Positions 1 through 13,235 of a DNA stretch of 64,000 nucleotides are shown in pieces. Position 1 is the first letter of the stretch; each line of letters begins with the position of its first letter. Source of the stretch: Eledone cirrhosa (taxonomy: Eukaryota). The position numbers and the translations under genes are program-made. The notes beneath the pieces are model-generated. The model worked only from the letters and a program-made list of their open reading frames with translations. It had not been told where the DNA came from and ran no database searches. The DNA is taken from positions 23,250,001 through 23,314,000 of the forward strand of contig OZ024759.1 in assembly GCA_964016885.1 (NCBI GenBank), given 5' to 3'.

Positions 1-800
1 TTCTGTCACTTTCATAACTTGATCCATCAGTTTTATGCCCCTACAATTGCTCTTCTCCAGAACATCCCCTTTACCTTTGTAGCAATTTATAAGTATGGGT
101 ATGACTGCACCATATATAGCTTGATTGATTATATGTGAAACCAGTTTAGTTCCTACTTCTCCTGATGCCTTCAGCATCTCAGCAACTATCCCTGACGGTC
201 CATTGGCTTTACCACTTTTCATTTCCTTCATTGCCTTTTTGACCCTATAGTCGTAAATCTCAATAGTTGGTCCCTCTGTTGGTGTACTGGGGCTAGTTTC
301 TCTCTCTCCCATTCATTCTCAACATTCATCAGTCTCTCATAATGATACTTCCAGGCCTCCTTTTTCTGAGCATCAGTGACACTAAGTGCACCACCATCAT
401 TTTGGACACACTTATCTCCAACAACATCCTGATTTACACTGACACACTGCCTTGCAATGTAGAACACTACAGATCTCTGATCTTCTCATTTAGCGGCTGA
501 GTATCGGTCTCTACTCCCACCAATTTTCCAAGCCTTCTATGCTAGTCTTTTGTCTTTAATGGCTCTATTTACTGTGCTGTTCCACCATCAGGTCACCCTC
601 TGGTTGGAGCTTCGCTCCAGCCACAAGTCTCTTCAGTAGCCTGCAGTAAGTTGTCAAGTAAGAACTTCCAGTTATCTTCTATGTCATATGATTCTAATTT
701 ATCTTCTTTTTCGTCATACACATCTTGAAGGGCTTTCCTAAATTTATATTTTATTTAAAGGTCTTTTAGCTTCCAGACCTTCCCTTTCCACACCTTCCTG
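1..800 (-). mobile_element. Degenerate RTE-clade LINE fragment (linker to start of RT)
   Basis: Remnants KKEAWKYHYERLMNVEN and MKSGKANGPSGIVAEML; frameshifts and stops. Confidence 0.8.
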
Positions 801-1384
801 TGTGTCTCATTTTGTCTCTTGCTCATGGAGATGTCATTAATACAAAACAGCACTATGCCTGCATCAAATTAAAAATTAAAGTCTTCACTCCAATACTGCA
901 TATTGCCAGACAATCTTGTAAAGTACAAAAACAGCATTATATTTGCATCACATTAAACACAAAAGTCTTTATTCTAATACTGCAAAATTTCACAATGCTC
1001 TGTCTTCTAATAAAGATAAATTTGAATTCAACCTATTTATAAGCATACATTTGATGGAAACAGAAGTGGCCTCAGGCATTTCAGTATCAAAAGGTTTAAA
1101 TTTATTGTGGGGCTAGGGAGCTGTAAGATGTGAGGGGCCAGTGACGTCACATTAGAAGAAGTTGGCCATATCTCCCTCTTGGTCTCTGAGCTGTGATCGA
1201 GTGCAGATGCTTTGTATGACTTGTGTAAATGAGTGTATGAGTTTTGCTAGGTGAGCATCATGCAGGTAGATTTGGTTCAGAATCAAGTGGGGACTCAAAA
1301 GTAGGCCTCTTTGCTTTTTACGACACTCATGAATGCAAAAGTAGTTAAACTACTTCAAGTAAATTTAGTAACTACTATACTCAC

Positions 1385-1518
1385 TATTTGAGCGTAAAGA
1401 ACAGCTCACTGCATCTCCAAATGGCTTACAGTCCACTGTGTTTTCAAGACATAGACAGTATTGAGGGACTTTAAAATCGAGTTTCTTGCTATATCCATTA
1501 TAGTATGTGTCACTGGCT
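1385..1518 (-). CDS. Module 3 exon, Cys-rich ([12 protein letters not shown]...YCLC...CSLRSN)
   Basis: 134 nt, phase 2-1; paralogous to the DTLYxGYC exons. Confidence 0.83.
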
Positions 1519-4500
1519 CTGCAAAAAAGAACACCAAAGATATTATTAACCCCTAATTAGAAAATTAGCCTCTTCACATTGTCAAATTGACTGCATGACC
1601 AAGCCTTTCAGTGTTAAGGGGATTTTGGGTTCTAAAGCCCCTCCAATAATTTGTTTCAATATAGGCAGATGGCTTAGTGGTTAGAGCATTGGGTTTGCAA
1701 TCTAAAGGTTGTGAGTTCAATTCTCGGACCGGGTGATGTGTTGTTTCCTTGAGCAAGATACTTTATTTCACATTGCTCCAGTTTACTCAGCTGTAGAAAT
1801 GAGATGATAGGACTGGGGTCTCTATCATTCCACTGCAAAGTGGTTGTGGAGGTGCTACGGCAAAAAAAAAAAAGCACCCAGCCCACACTGTAAAGTGGAC
1901 GTGTAGGCGCCACGGAAAAAAAGCACCCAGCACTCACTGTAAATGAGCTTGGTGTTTGGAAGGGCATCCAGCTGTAGAAATCAAGCCAGAATCAGTTCCC
2001 GTATGAGCAAGACAAGGTCAGCCAACCGGACACTGCCCACAACAGGACAACCCGTCTAACCCATGCTAGCTTGGAAGAATGGACATAAAACGGTGATGAT
2101 GATGATGATACTTGTGTATCATCATCATCATCACCGTTTTTACTACACTGATTTTCTATTGACTATAAATATGTTGGTATAATCATATTTTTAATTTCTT
2201 TCATCGTCTAGTATAGGTAATAAAAAAAATATGAGCTAATAATAATAATAGTAATAATAATAATTGTTTTTACTTTTGGCACAAGGCCAGCAATTACCCA
2301 GTACATTACTGGTACTTTATTTTATCGACCCCGTATGGATGAAAGGCAAAGTTAACCTCGGCGGGATATAATGATAATAATATACATGCACAGTATATAC
2401 TCTTAACCCTTTACCATTTACATTACTCTATATTTACTATTATATTTTCATAGTAAAAGCTTTACCTCACATAATTATCTCACATAATATCGAATCTATG
2501 AGATTTTGATATTAGTTTTGTGCACAACACCTTAATATCAGTATGAGTGACCAGTTACAGCCAGTTTGAACAGAAAGAGGTGAGAGAATTTTGGCCGGAT
2601 AAGGCCAGTTTAAATGCTAATGGGTTAAGCTCCTCTTCCCAATTATAAAACTGTAATGGAAGCTCTAATGAGTTGAAGAAACCCAACAAAGTTACACTGA
2701 GAAGATGACTTCAATGAAAAAGTTGAGTTACTGGGAAAGGCTGAAAGAATTAAGACTCTACTTCCTGGAGCAAATATAAGAGCAATACAATACAAAAACA
2801 ATATAAAAGTAATACATATATATATGTGGTGCGTATGTGTGTGTGTGCACATGTGTGTATGTGTGAGAAAGAGAGATAGAGAGAGAGATATAGAGAGAGA
2901 GAGAGTGAGAGAGAGTGAGAGAGAGAGAGAGAGAAACAGTTATGCATGGAAAAAAAACAGTGATGATGATAAATATGAATGTGCATGTATATAGAAGCCA
3001 AAATTGTAAGAGAAATTGTAAAAAAAAACAAAAAAAAAAACTGAACCTACCTCCATTCTTTACTGAACTCATTTGGTAAGTGTTCATGATTGTATTGCTT
3101 TGTTTTACCAGTCAAATAATCTACTTTAGCGAGGTTTGTATATTTATCACAGAGACCTGTAAAGAGAAGAAGGTAACATGTTTTTGTATTTGTTATCTTT
3201 TGTTCTTTTATATTAGTTCTTTCTAATAATCGCATCCAGTGTTGTTGTTTTGTTTTACATATAAACAAGGCAAAACCTTTTGTGGGAGCAGGGCAACAGC
3301 CTACAGCCGCCTGTCTCATAGCCTATCTAGATGCCTATTTACAAGACAACCCCCAGCGAGGATAACGAATGCACCCTAGCCAATTGCCCTATCTGCAACA
3401 CTAATTGTCTGGTCACACTTGGGATCCAGCTGGATCAGTTGGAGATGTTTACTTCTGAGATGACATGTTGGAAGGAGTGTTTGAGGACTCTGTCCCCCAG
3501 CAACCCTCTCAGGAATAATTGGGTAAAGAAGAATAAGAAATATTGAAACAATGCATTACCTTTGCTCTTTTCTAAATCCTTTGCTGTTGCTTCAATAAAG
3601 ATATTCATAAAAGCATTGAAATGTGGTTTAACCCTCACTATCATTCCAGTTGGTAGTGTAATCTGCAGAGAAAAGGATACAAATTTTACAGAAAAGCATT
3701 AAAAATTACAAAGGACTAACATTTTCATTACCACTAGCTAGGGCCGAACTTTCACCTGCTGAGGTTCTAATTAAGGGACCCTCTTAATAATGGTTTCTGA
3801 TTTAGACACAAGCCCAACACTTTTGAGGGAGGGTAAAAATTAATTAAATCAACCCCAGTGCATTACTGGTACTTTATTTTATCAACCCTGTAAGGATGAA
3901 AGGCAAAGCTAACCTCAGCAAGATTTTAATACAGAACGTAAAGGGACATAACTCTATGCTGCAAATCAATTGTCCGACGCTCTACTGATTACTGTCAATT
4001 CACTGCCATAAGCACCGTCTAAATAATAATTTCTTATATACGCACAAGGCCAGCTATTTTGGGGAAGGGGAAAGGCGATTAAATCGATCCCAGTGCGTGA
4101 CTGGTACTTTATTTTATCGACCCCATAAGGATGAAAGGCCAAGTTAACCTCGGTGGAATTTGAACTCAGATCATAAAGGGCCGTAACTCTATGCTACAAA
4201 GCATGGCGTCCGACCCTCTACCAATACTGCCAATCTATTGCCCTGTTCCTTCTAAATAATGAAGCTTATATTACTAAATCATTCCAAATTCTTGATTATT
4301 GTCAAAATTATCTGAAAGTCATAAACAGCGTCTTTCATTGAAAATATTGTAATAAAATGGTTAACAAAATATGAGGAAACATACGTCATAAACAGAACCA
4401 AATCGGTTGGTATATACTTTGGTTGCTGGCGTAAGACTGTTGTAGAAGTAAGCTTTGATATTAACAGCTTTCGATCTTCGACCTTGAATGCGAGAGCCAG

Positions 4501-7500
4501 AATACATGCATTTGTTAAAAATGATGACATCATCGCCTGATCGTATAATTGCTGCACAAGCACAGGATCCTCTACCGCATTTCGTAAAGAAAGCTCGAAC
4601 CTGATAAAAAAATTAATAAAATTAATAAAATAAATATAATAATGATTTCTTGTATAAGCACAAGGCCAGTAATTTTGAAAGTCAATTAAATCGACCCCAG
4701 TATGTTACTGGTGCTTTATTTTATCGATCCCATAAGGATGCAAAGCAAAGTTAACCGTAGCGGGATTTGAACTCAGACCGCAAAGGGCCGTAACTCTATG
4801 CTGCAAAGCATGGTGTCCGACGCTCTACTGATACTGCCAATCTACTGCCCTTAATAAATAAAATAAATGACTGATAAGTTTCAGAATACTGGTACTTCAT
4901 CATCATCATCTAGAAAGGATGACAAATAAAACAAAACAAAGTAATGTTTTACCCAGTATATTTCAACATTTATTCAAAAGCAAAAAACAAACCTTACTTA
5001 GTAAGAAAAAAAAAAAAAAGGGGGAATAAAAGGAAAGAAAGAATAGGGAAATATATAAAAAAAAAAAGAGAGAAAGAAAGAAAAAAAGAACGGGAAAGGG
5101 CGGGGATGGCAAGGGCTCTGGTGTCACAGAAGTGAGAGGAGGGGTGATGATGGAGGGTGATTGGGCTTTGGGCCTAGGGCAAGGGGGCAGGAGTGCTGCG
5201 CTCTGCAGACAAGACTGCAAAAGCATTCCCCCAGATGAGGGCCAGTAGCACCTGCTGCAACAGCCACCCAAACTCGTAGGGTCCAAGTACACCTGAGGTC
5301 TCAATGGCGACCATAATATTTTAGGATATATACCCTCTTTTCAAATGTAAATCTAAAACAGTTGAAAAGAGAGTATTTGCCCTAAAATATCATGTTGAAA
5401 TATACAGAGTAAAACATCCTTTGCCTTTTATATATTTCAAACATATTGTACCAGCTTTCTGCAACTTAGCAGTCATGTATTATCTATCTCACAATGTTTT
5501 GTAATAACTATACTACTAATTAAAATAAAATATGATTTATTAATGGATTATGATAAATTATACCAAAACAAACTGTTTTATTGTTTGAACAACTGGAACA
5601 CTCATCGTTGTAACTGATGGATGTCCAGCAGCAAATACAAGTATGTTATGTAGTGGATATATTTTATACATTTACAGAGTGTACTGGGTGTATTTTATCA
5701 TAACACTAGTATTACCACTTCACAGAGTGCACTGAGTGTATTTTATCATGGTACCAGTACTACCACTTTATAGAGTGTACTGGGTGTGTTTTATCATGGC
5801 ATCAGAACTACCACTTCACAGAGTGCAGTGAGTGCATTTTATCATGGCACCAGTACTACTACTTTACAGAGTGTACTGAGTGTATTTTATCTTGGTACCA
5901 GTACTACCACTTTACAGAGTGTAGTGGGTGTATATTATCATGGCACCAGTACTATATGTATAGATTATAAATGGTATATAACTATTGCATAGACTATATG
6001 TGGTATATATATGGTATAGACTATATGTGGTATATATATTGTATATAGACTATATGTGGTATATATATTGTATATAGAGTATAAATGGTATATATATTGT
6101 CTAGAGTATTAATGGTATATATATATAGTACAAATTATAAATAGTATATAAATATTGTATAGACTATATGTTGTATATATATTCATTGTATACAGTATAA
6201 ACTGTATGTACATATTGTATATAGAGTATAAATGGTATATATACTGTACAGACTATGTGTTGTATATACTTAAATATATAATGCATATAAAGAGGCATGG
6301 AGGCACATGGCTTAGTGGTTAGAGCATTGGCTTTGCAATCGAAAGGTTGTGAGTTCAATTCTCAGACCGGGTGATGTGTTGTTTCCTTGAGCAAGACACT
6401 TTATTTCACATTGCTCCAGTTTACTCAGCTGTAGAAATGAGATGATAGGGACTGGGGTCCATATCATTCCACTGTAAAGTGGACGTGTAGGTGCCATGGC
6501 AAAAAAGCACCCAGAACTCACTGTAAATGAGGTTGGTGTTAGGAAGGGCATCCAGCTGTAGAAATCAAGCCAGAATCAGTTCCCGTCCCACCCTTGCAAG
6601 CAGGGAAAAGTGAATGTAAAATGAAATGAAAAAAAAATGAAAACGAAACTAACCTCAAATGGCAAAGTCTCATGTTGGTAGAGGATAAATTCTCCTGTCA
6701 TATAGTTATTATAATGTCTGAAAGTAAGTGAAAAAAAAAAAAAAAAAAAAAAAAAAGGGAGATATATATAAAGACATTTCTACAGAAGATTTCATACTCT
6801 TCTTCTTCGCTAATTTTTTCCTGAGAGGGTCATGGCGGCAAACTCCTCAAACATTCCTTACAGCAGGTCCTGTCAGAAGCAACTGTCTCCAACTGACCTG
6901 GCAGAATCCCCAAGCATGACCAGCCAAGCTCATGGATCTCTTGCCGGTTGATTTTGTCCGTAAAATCTGTCTAGCGATTCTTTCCTGCTATAAAGACATT
7001 TCTACAGAAGATGGAGGAGGAAATGAAAGCCAAAAGGGTAGGTGAGAGGAAAATGAGACAACAAAACTGTATGAAAAACTACCATATGTACTTGAATATA
7101 AGTTGGGGTATATCTGGCCGCCCAAAAATTGATGGTAAAATAGGTGGTGGCTTAGAGATGCCATCTAAACAATGTATTGATTAGCTAGCTGTCTTGGCTT
7201 AAAAATGGGGTTGGAATTTTTGCCCATTTCTCAGGCATAAAATGGGTAGAGGTGGCTAATATTTGAGTATATATGATAAGTGTAATTAACTGAAAAGACA
7301 GTGTGGTCACAATGTGTGTATTCTTATTCTTTTTTCCTGGAGAACTTCAAAAAATATCATATATGATGTAGTGGACATTAGTGAACAGTAACTATTTACT
7401 TGTTGGTGTTATATCTACCATCTTTGTGCTCTTCTTCTTGCCAGTGTTTTTTCACTGGTTCTTAGAATTTTTAGACACCTCTCCTGTTCATTAGTTTCAT

Positions 7501-10500
7501 AAATAGGATTGACATGCATAGCCAGGTTGTAAGTGGTATCATGACTGGCGGGTGTAAAGTCAGTTGGCTGGAATTTGTAGACAACATGGTGTTACATAGC
7601 TCCACATAAGGCGATATCCGAATTGCACATGCTGATTGCTGCATGGCTGGAATGAAAATCAGTGCTGTGAAAACTGAGAAGCTTGTCCTCTCAAGGAAGC
7701 CTGTGCAGTGCACTCTACATGTGAATGGACTTCCACTGAAGCAGGTGAAGAAGTTCAAGTATCAAGAGGATGTGCTCATGAGAGATGGAAGGCAGTTGAC
7801 TGAATTAAGTGCAAGAATTGCAGGAACTATTGCAGTAATGCACCAGCTTCAGTACGTTTGCAATTATGCAAACAAGCCTCATTTTTAAAGCCATGTCAGT
7901 AGAATGAGCCCCTCATTCTTGCTCTTCATTGACCATATTTAAATATGGAATGATACACGAAGGGGCCCCTCCCTCCTCCCCCCCACAGTCCCGGTGGACA
8001 TGATGGAGAAGGCGTTTCCCTGGAGGACAGCAAGGGAGATGCGCTGGAAAAGCCACTCCAACTCGCGGCACTCACACCTGTGACTGGCCAGCTCAGTGCC
8101 TATGGTGGTAAGTAGGGAGATAGCCCTAGGGCTGAGGACATCAGAAGTCTCCACTGCCAAGGGTACAACTGCAAACCTGTTGGAGAGCGACCAGTATTTG
8201 AGGAGTTTGGCCTCCTCAGCCCCACTTGCAAGCAGAACCTGGGCTAGTCACAGACTGCACCAGGTTGTGGCTGCAGAAAGTGTCGGTGCAAGTGGCATCT
8301 CAGACGAGGGGTTTGCCACCGTGGAATGGGAAGATGGTCATGCCATCTGGCCTTTTGCCGTCACCTCGGTCCAGCCCCACCGGCAAGAGCTGGGAAGGGA
8401 AGCCTGCAGCATCCAAGCCATGCTTTATGACCTCATTGAGGGCAGTATGGCATGGAAGGCAGCTGGCACTGTGGTGACAGAAAAGCGGGTGGAGGCCGAA
8501 AGAGTCCACAGTGATTCCGCAGTGACATTGGTGTGGCTCGCAGATCCGGAGGCAGAGCCTCAAGGAAACGTCGATTATACAGTAATAAGAAGAAAGGAGG
8601 TGGGTGTAAAAGCTAAACTCACTATCTTTAATTCAGTAGTCATGCCAACGCTTACCTATGGTCATGAATCTTGGGTAATGACAGAAAGAATACGATCGCG
8701 AATACTAGCAGCTGATATGGAGTTCCTCTGAAGGTTCTTCAGATAGAGTGCATAGCCGAATTGAGAGATCACAGCTCCGATACTATGGGCACAGGGTTAG
8801 AATGTCTCAGGAAAGAATCGCTGTACAAATTTTACGATGTTGTGTAAATTCCAATGAGAGTCATGTATCTATGTTAGAAACCGACTCTCTCTCTATTGAC
8901 AAACATTTGTGAAATTATAAAACCAGAAGAACATACATACATACATACATGGTGGCTGCCAACTCATTTTCGAGTACGGCCACTACTTTATATCCATGTA
9001 GGAGAACCCCTACCAATGCGCTGAATGAGTGTGATTTTTTAGTCCAGCCAGCGACTTGAAAACTCTGGTACAAACACTACACTTGTGACAATTATTGACA
9101 CATAGTGCTGGGCCCATGGTACCATGTGACGACAAGTGCAGAGAGATCTCCTGATATAAAGCAATGCCTGTGCCGTGAAGCTTTTATAGTGAGCAAAGGC
9201 ACTGCACAAAGCCAGTCCCACTCTCTTAACCAAGATGATATTTACCAAAAGAAGAACAAGTCAACATCATTGGATACCATCAGAGTTACAGGTGTTATAT
9301 ACATACATACATACATACATATATATATATACACACGAGGCCTGCAAGGATATCATCTTCTGCTTTATCAGGAAATATGTCTGTGAAATATTTTCTGTTG
9401 TAGTTGCCTCCCATAGCAGTAAAATGTGTTTAAAATACTTACCTCCTGTTGAAAGTTCTTACATGAGGGTCACCAGTGATCTTACATAACCCATGTAAAG
9501 GTTTTTTGGAATCCCTATTAGTTATAGTCACCTGTTAAAATATAAAAGAATACATGATGATAACGATATATATGTATATTTATTAAAATAACAGATTAAA
9601 GTTTAAGCAAAGAATCGCTGCTTTCATCCTTAACGGGATCTTCTGAAAACTTAGTCTTCACATTTATTATTATAATGCTTGGAGGTACTCTAGTTCTTCC
9701 AATGAATATGTTTCAATATTATTATTTTAACTCCCAGGATAACCCCAAATTGTAAGTTGAACATTTTACTCTGCTTTATAAGACAAAATCCCTTCATGGA
9801 AGTGCTCCAGAAGGCCACAGTCTAATGATTGAAACCAGTAAAAGAGTAAAAGAATGTGGTACTTACTTGTTTCTGTCCACGATCTATTGGAGGGCGATTG
9901 ATACCAGCTCCCGTATGTTTCTCCAATATGGCGATGTTTCGCTGAACCTGATTTACATGAACTCCATCAACGACAGCACTCAACGAGACAGTATCATTAG
10001 CAGTGGACATGATAGTACCACATATTGGCAAACGCGGTATGCCATCTCCTTTGTACTCAACGACCAGAGGAAGCACCAGAGGAAATCGGCCGCATCTCTT
10101 CTCTATGGTTTTTGATATAAGGCTTACTTCAAAAGATATCGTGCATACTTGGCCATATCTCAGGAAACAGATGTAGTTTGGTTCAAAACCAGTACTAACA
10201 GAAAAGGAAATTGCATCTTTTCCTTCAATTAATTCAATATTATTTCTGTTGTCAATCTGAAAAAAACAAAACAAAAATTTTGAATCAAATATTGAGTCAT
10301 CCCTCCATCAAAGTTGAAGCTTATAAATTTGAATATTTTAACCTGTTGACTGCTGTGTATATTTTACACAGCTACTGGGTTTTTTTTGTCAGTAAAATGA
10401 CTATTTTGATTGACAAACATCACATCAATAAACTAGTAACCACATCTAGCTTTGAAGTTATGAACTGCTGTCAAATTAAGAGTCGATCACTTATGAAGCC

Positions 10501-13203
10501 ACTGGTGTTCATGATGTTGATGTCATCAAATTAAACTGATGGTCATTGCATGAACTACTGCTTACTAGCAGACAAGTAGGATTTTTATTGCGGCTTACTC
10601 CTTTTCTGCTTAATTATACCATGATAGCTGAATCAGAGACAACTCATGTAGGATGTGGCTCTTCATCATACAGGTTAGTCTTCAGACCAAATAAAGACTA
10701 CTAATTCACACTCAACTCAATGGGCGTCCGTCACCCACATTCATGTAACAATGTTAGCTCCTCTGGAGATCTCTCACTACATGTCAAATGTAACATTCTT
10801 GTTCATTCCAATGAAACATCACATTGTCTACCTGTGTGTGTGTGTGAGTATGTGTTTAGAGTGAGTGAGTGAGTTGTTCAGCTTGAATAAGCATATATTG
10901 TCATCAGTTCAGTGAGTGGCATGTTGAACAGAAATTGGCCAGCAAATTTTAAGGAAGGGCAAAGTTGATTAAACTCACCCCAGATTGAAGGTGATAAAAA
11001 GTGAATATATATAGAAACAACAGAGGACACCACACCCGAGGCACTAACACCTGCTTCCTTAAGCTCCCACACTTCAGTGACGAAACAACAACAGCCATCC
11101 GCAGAGCTATCAGACGAGAGGGACTAGATATCCAACTAGCCCATTCAGGACCTTCTCTACGCGGACAGCTAACCAAAAGACACTTCACCAGACATGACAA
11201 CTGCTGCAGGCTAGCCAACTTCCCAGTTTAAAATATGGGCAGTTTAAAACTAAATATTTTGCCTTGATAGCACAGGAAACCTGTGAAGTTAAAGGTAAGG
11301 AACATGAAAAATACGGTCAAAATGTGAGAGAATTCTGGTTGTATATGGCTAGACATGGCCAGTTTAAAAGCTAAAGGGTTAATAATGGTATATAATAATT
11401 TTTATGTAGGGGGGGTTCCCTGAGACATGAAAACTATTCTAAGGGTTCCACGAGGGTAAAAGGTTGAGAAACACTAGGTTAGCGAGTTTGATTTGTGATC
11501 TTGAGGTCGTGAGTTCAATTCCTGGACCAGGCGATGTGTTATAAATTTGATATATAACAAGCTTTTGTTAAGTTATGTTAGAAATACTGTCTAAATAATT
11601 TGATCTAACTCAGAATGCTAAGAATGAGAATAAATTCCACAATGTCATCATTTTATCTGATGCCCTACCAGAATGCATCAGAAATATATATATATATATA
11701 ATATATATAATATCAGTTCCCGTCCCGCCCCTGCAAGCAGAGAAAAGCGGACGTAAAATGATCATGATGATGATAATATATATATATATTATATATATTA
11801 TATATATATTATATATATAATATATATATATATATTATATATATAATATATATATTATATATATAATATATATATATATTATATATATAATATATATATA
11901 TATTATATATATAATATATATATATATAATATATATAATATATATAAATATAATATATATAATATATATATATATTATATATATATGACACACGACCGTG
12001 ACTTCTGGCGTCACGCAGTAATACAGAGTACCCGACCTCCCATGGGTACAAGCTGAAGCATATAGACTATATGCCCCCACACCGCAAGGTGGTCGTGGAG
12101 GTGCCACGGCAAAAAAACACCCAGCCCACACTGTAAAGTGGACGTGTAGGCGCCACGAAAAAGCACCCAGCACTCACTGTAAATGAGGTTGGTGTTAGGA
12201 AGGGCATCCAGCTGTAGAAATCAAGCCAAATCAGTTCCTGTATGAGCAAGGCATGGTCAGCCAACCAGACACTGCCCACAACAGGACAACCCGTCTAACC
12301 CATGCTAGCGTGGAAGAACGGACGTAAAACGGTGATGATGATATATAATATATATATATATTATATATATAATATATATATATATAATATATATATATAT
12401 TATATATATAATATATATATATATTATATATATAATATATATTATATATATATTATATATATATTATATATATAATATATATATATATATTATATATATT
12501 ATATATATATATATTATATATATATATATTATATATACATATATTATATATATATATATATTATATATATATATATATTATATATATATATATTATATAT
12601 ACATATATTATATATATATATATATATTATATATATTATATATATATATATATTATATATATAATATATATATATTATATATATATTATATATATATTAT
12701 ATATAGATATATTAAATATATAATATATATTATATATATATATTATATATATATTATATATATAATATATATATATATTATATATAATATATATATATAT
12801 TATATATAATATTTATATTATATATAATATATATATATATATATTATATATAATATATATATATATTACATATAACATTTATATTATATATAATATATAT
12901 ATATATATTATATATAATATATATATATATTATATATAATATTTATATTATATATAATATATATATATATATATTATATATATAATATATATATATATTA
13001 TATATATAATATATATATATATTATATATAATATATATATATATTATATATATAATATGCCGAGGTTGACTTTGCCTTTCATCCTTACGGGGTCGATAAA
13101 ATAAAGTACCAGTAATGCACTGGATAATTGCTGGCCTTGTGCCTAAAGTAGAAACAATTATATATATATATATTATATATATTATATATATATATTATAT
13201 ATA

Positions 13204-13235
<32 letters not shown>

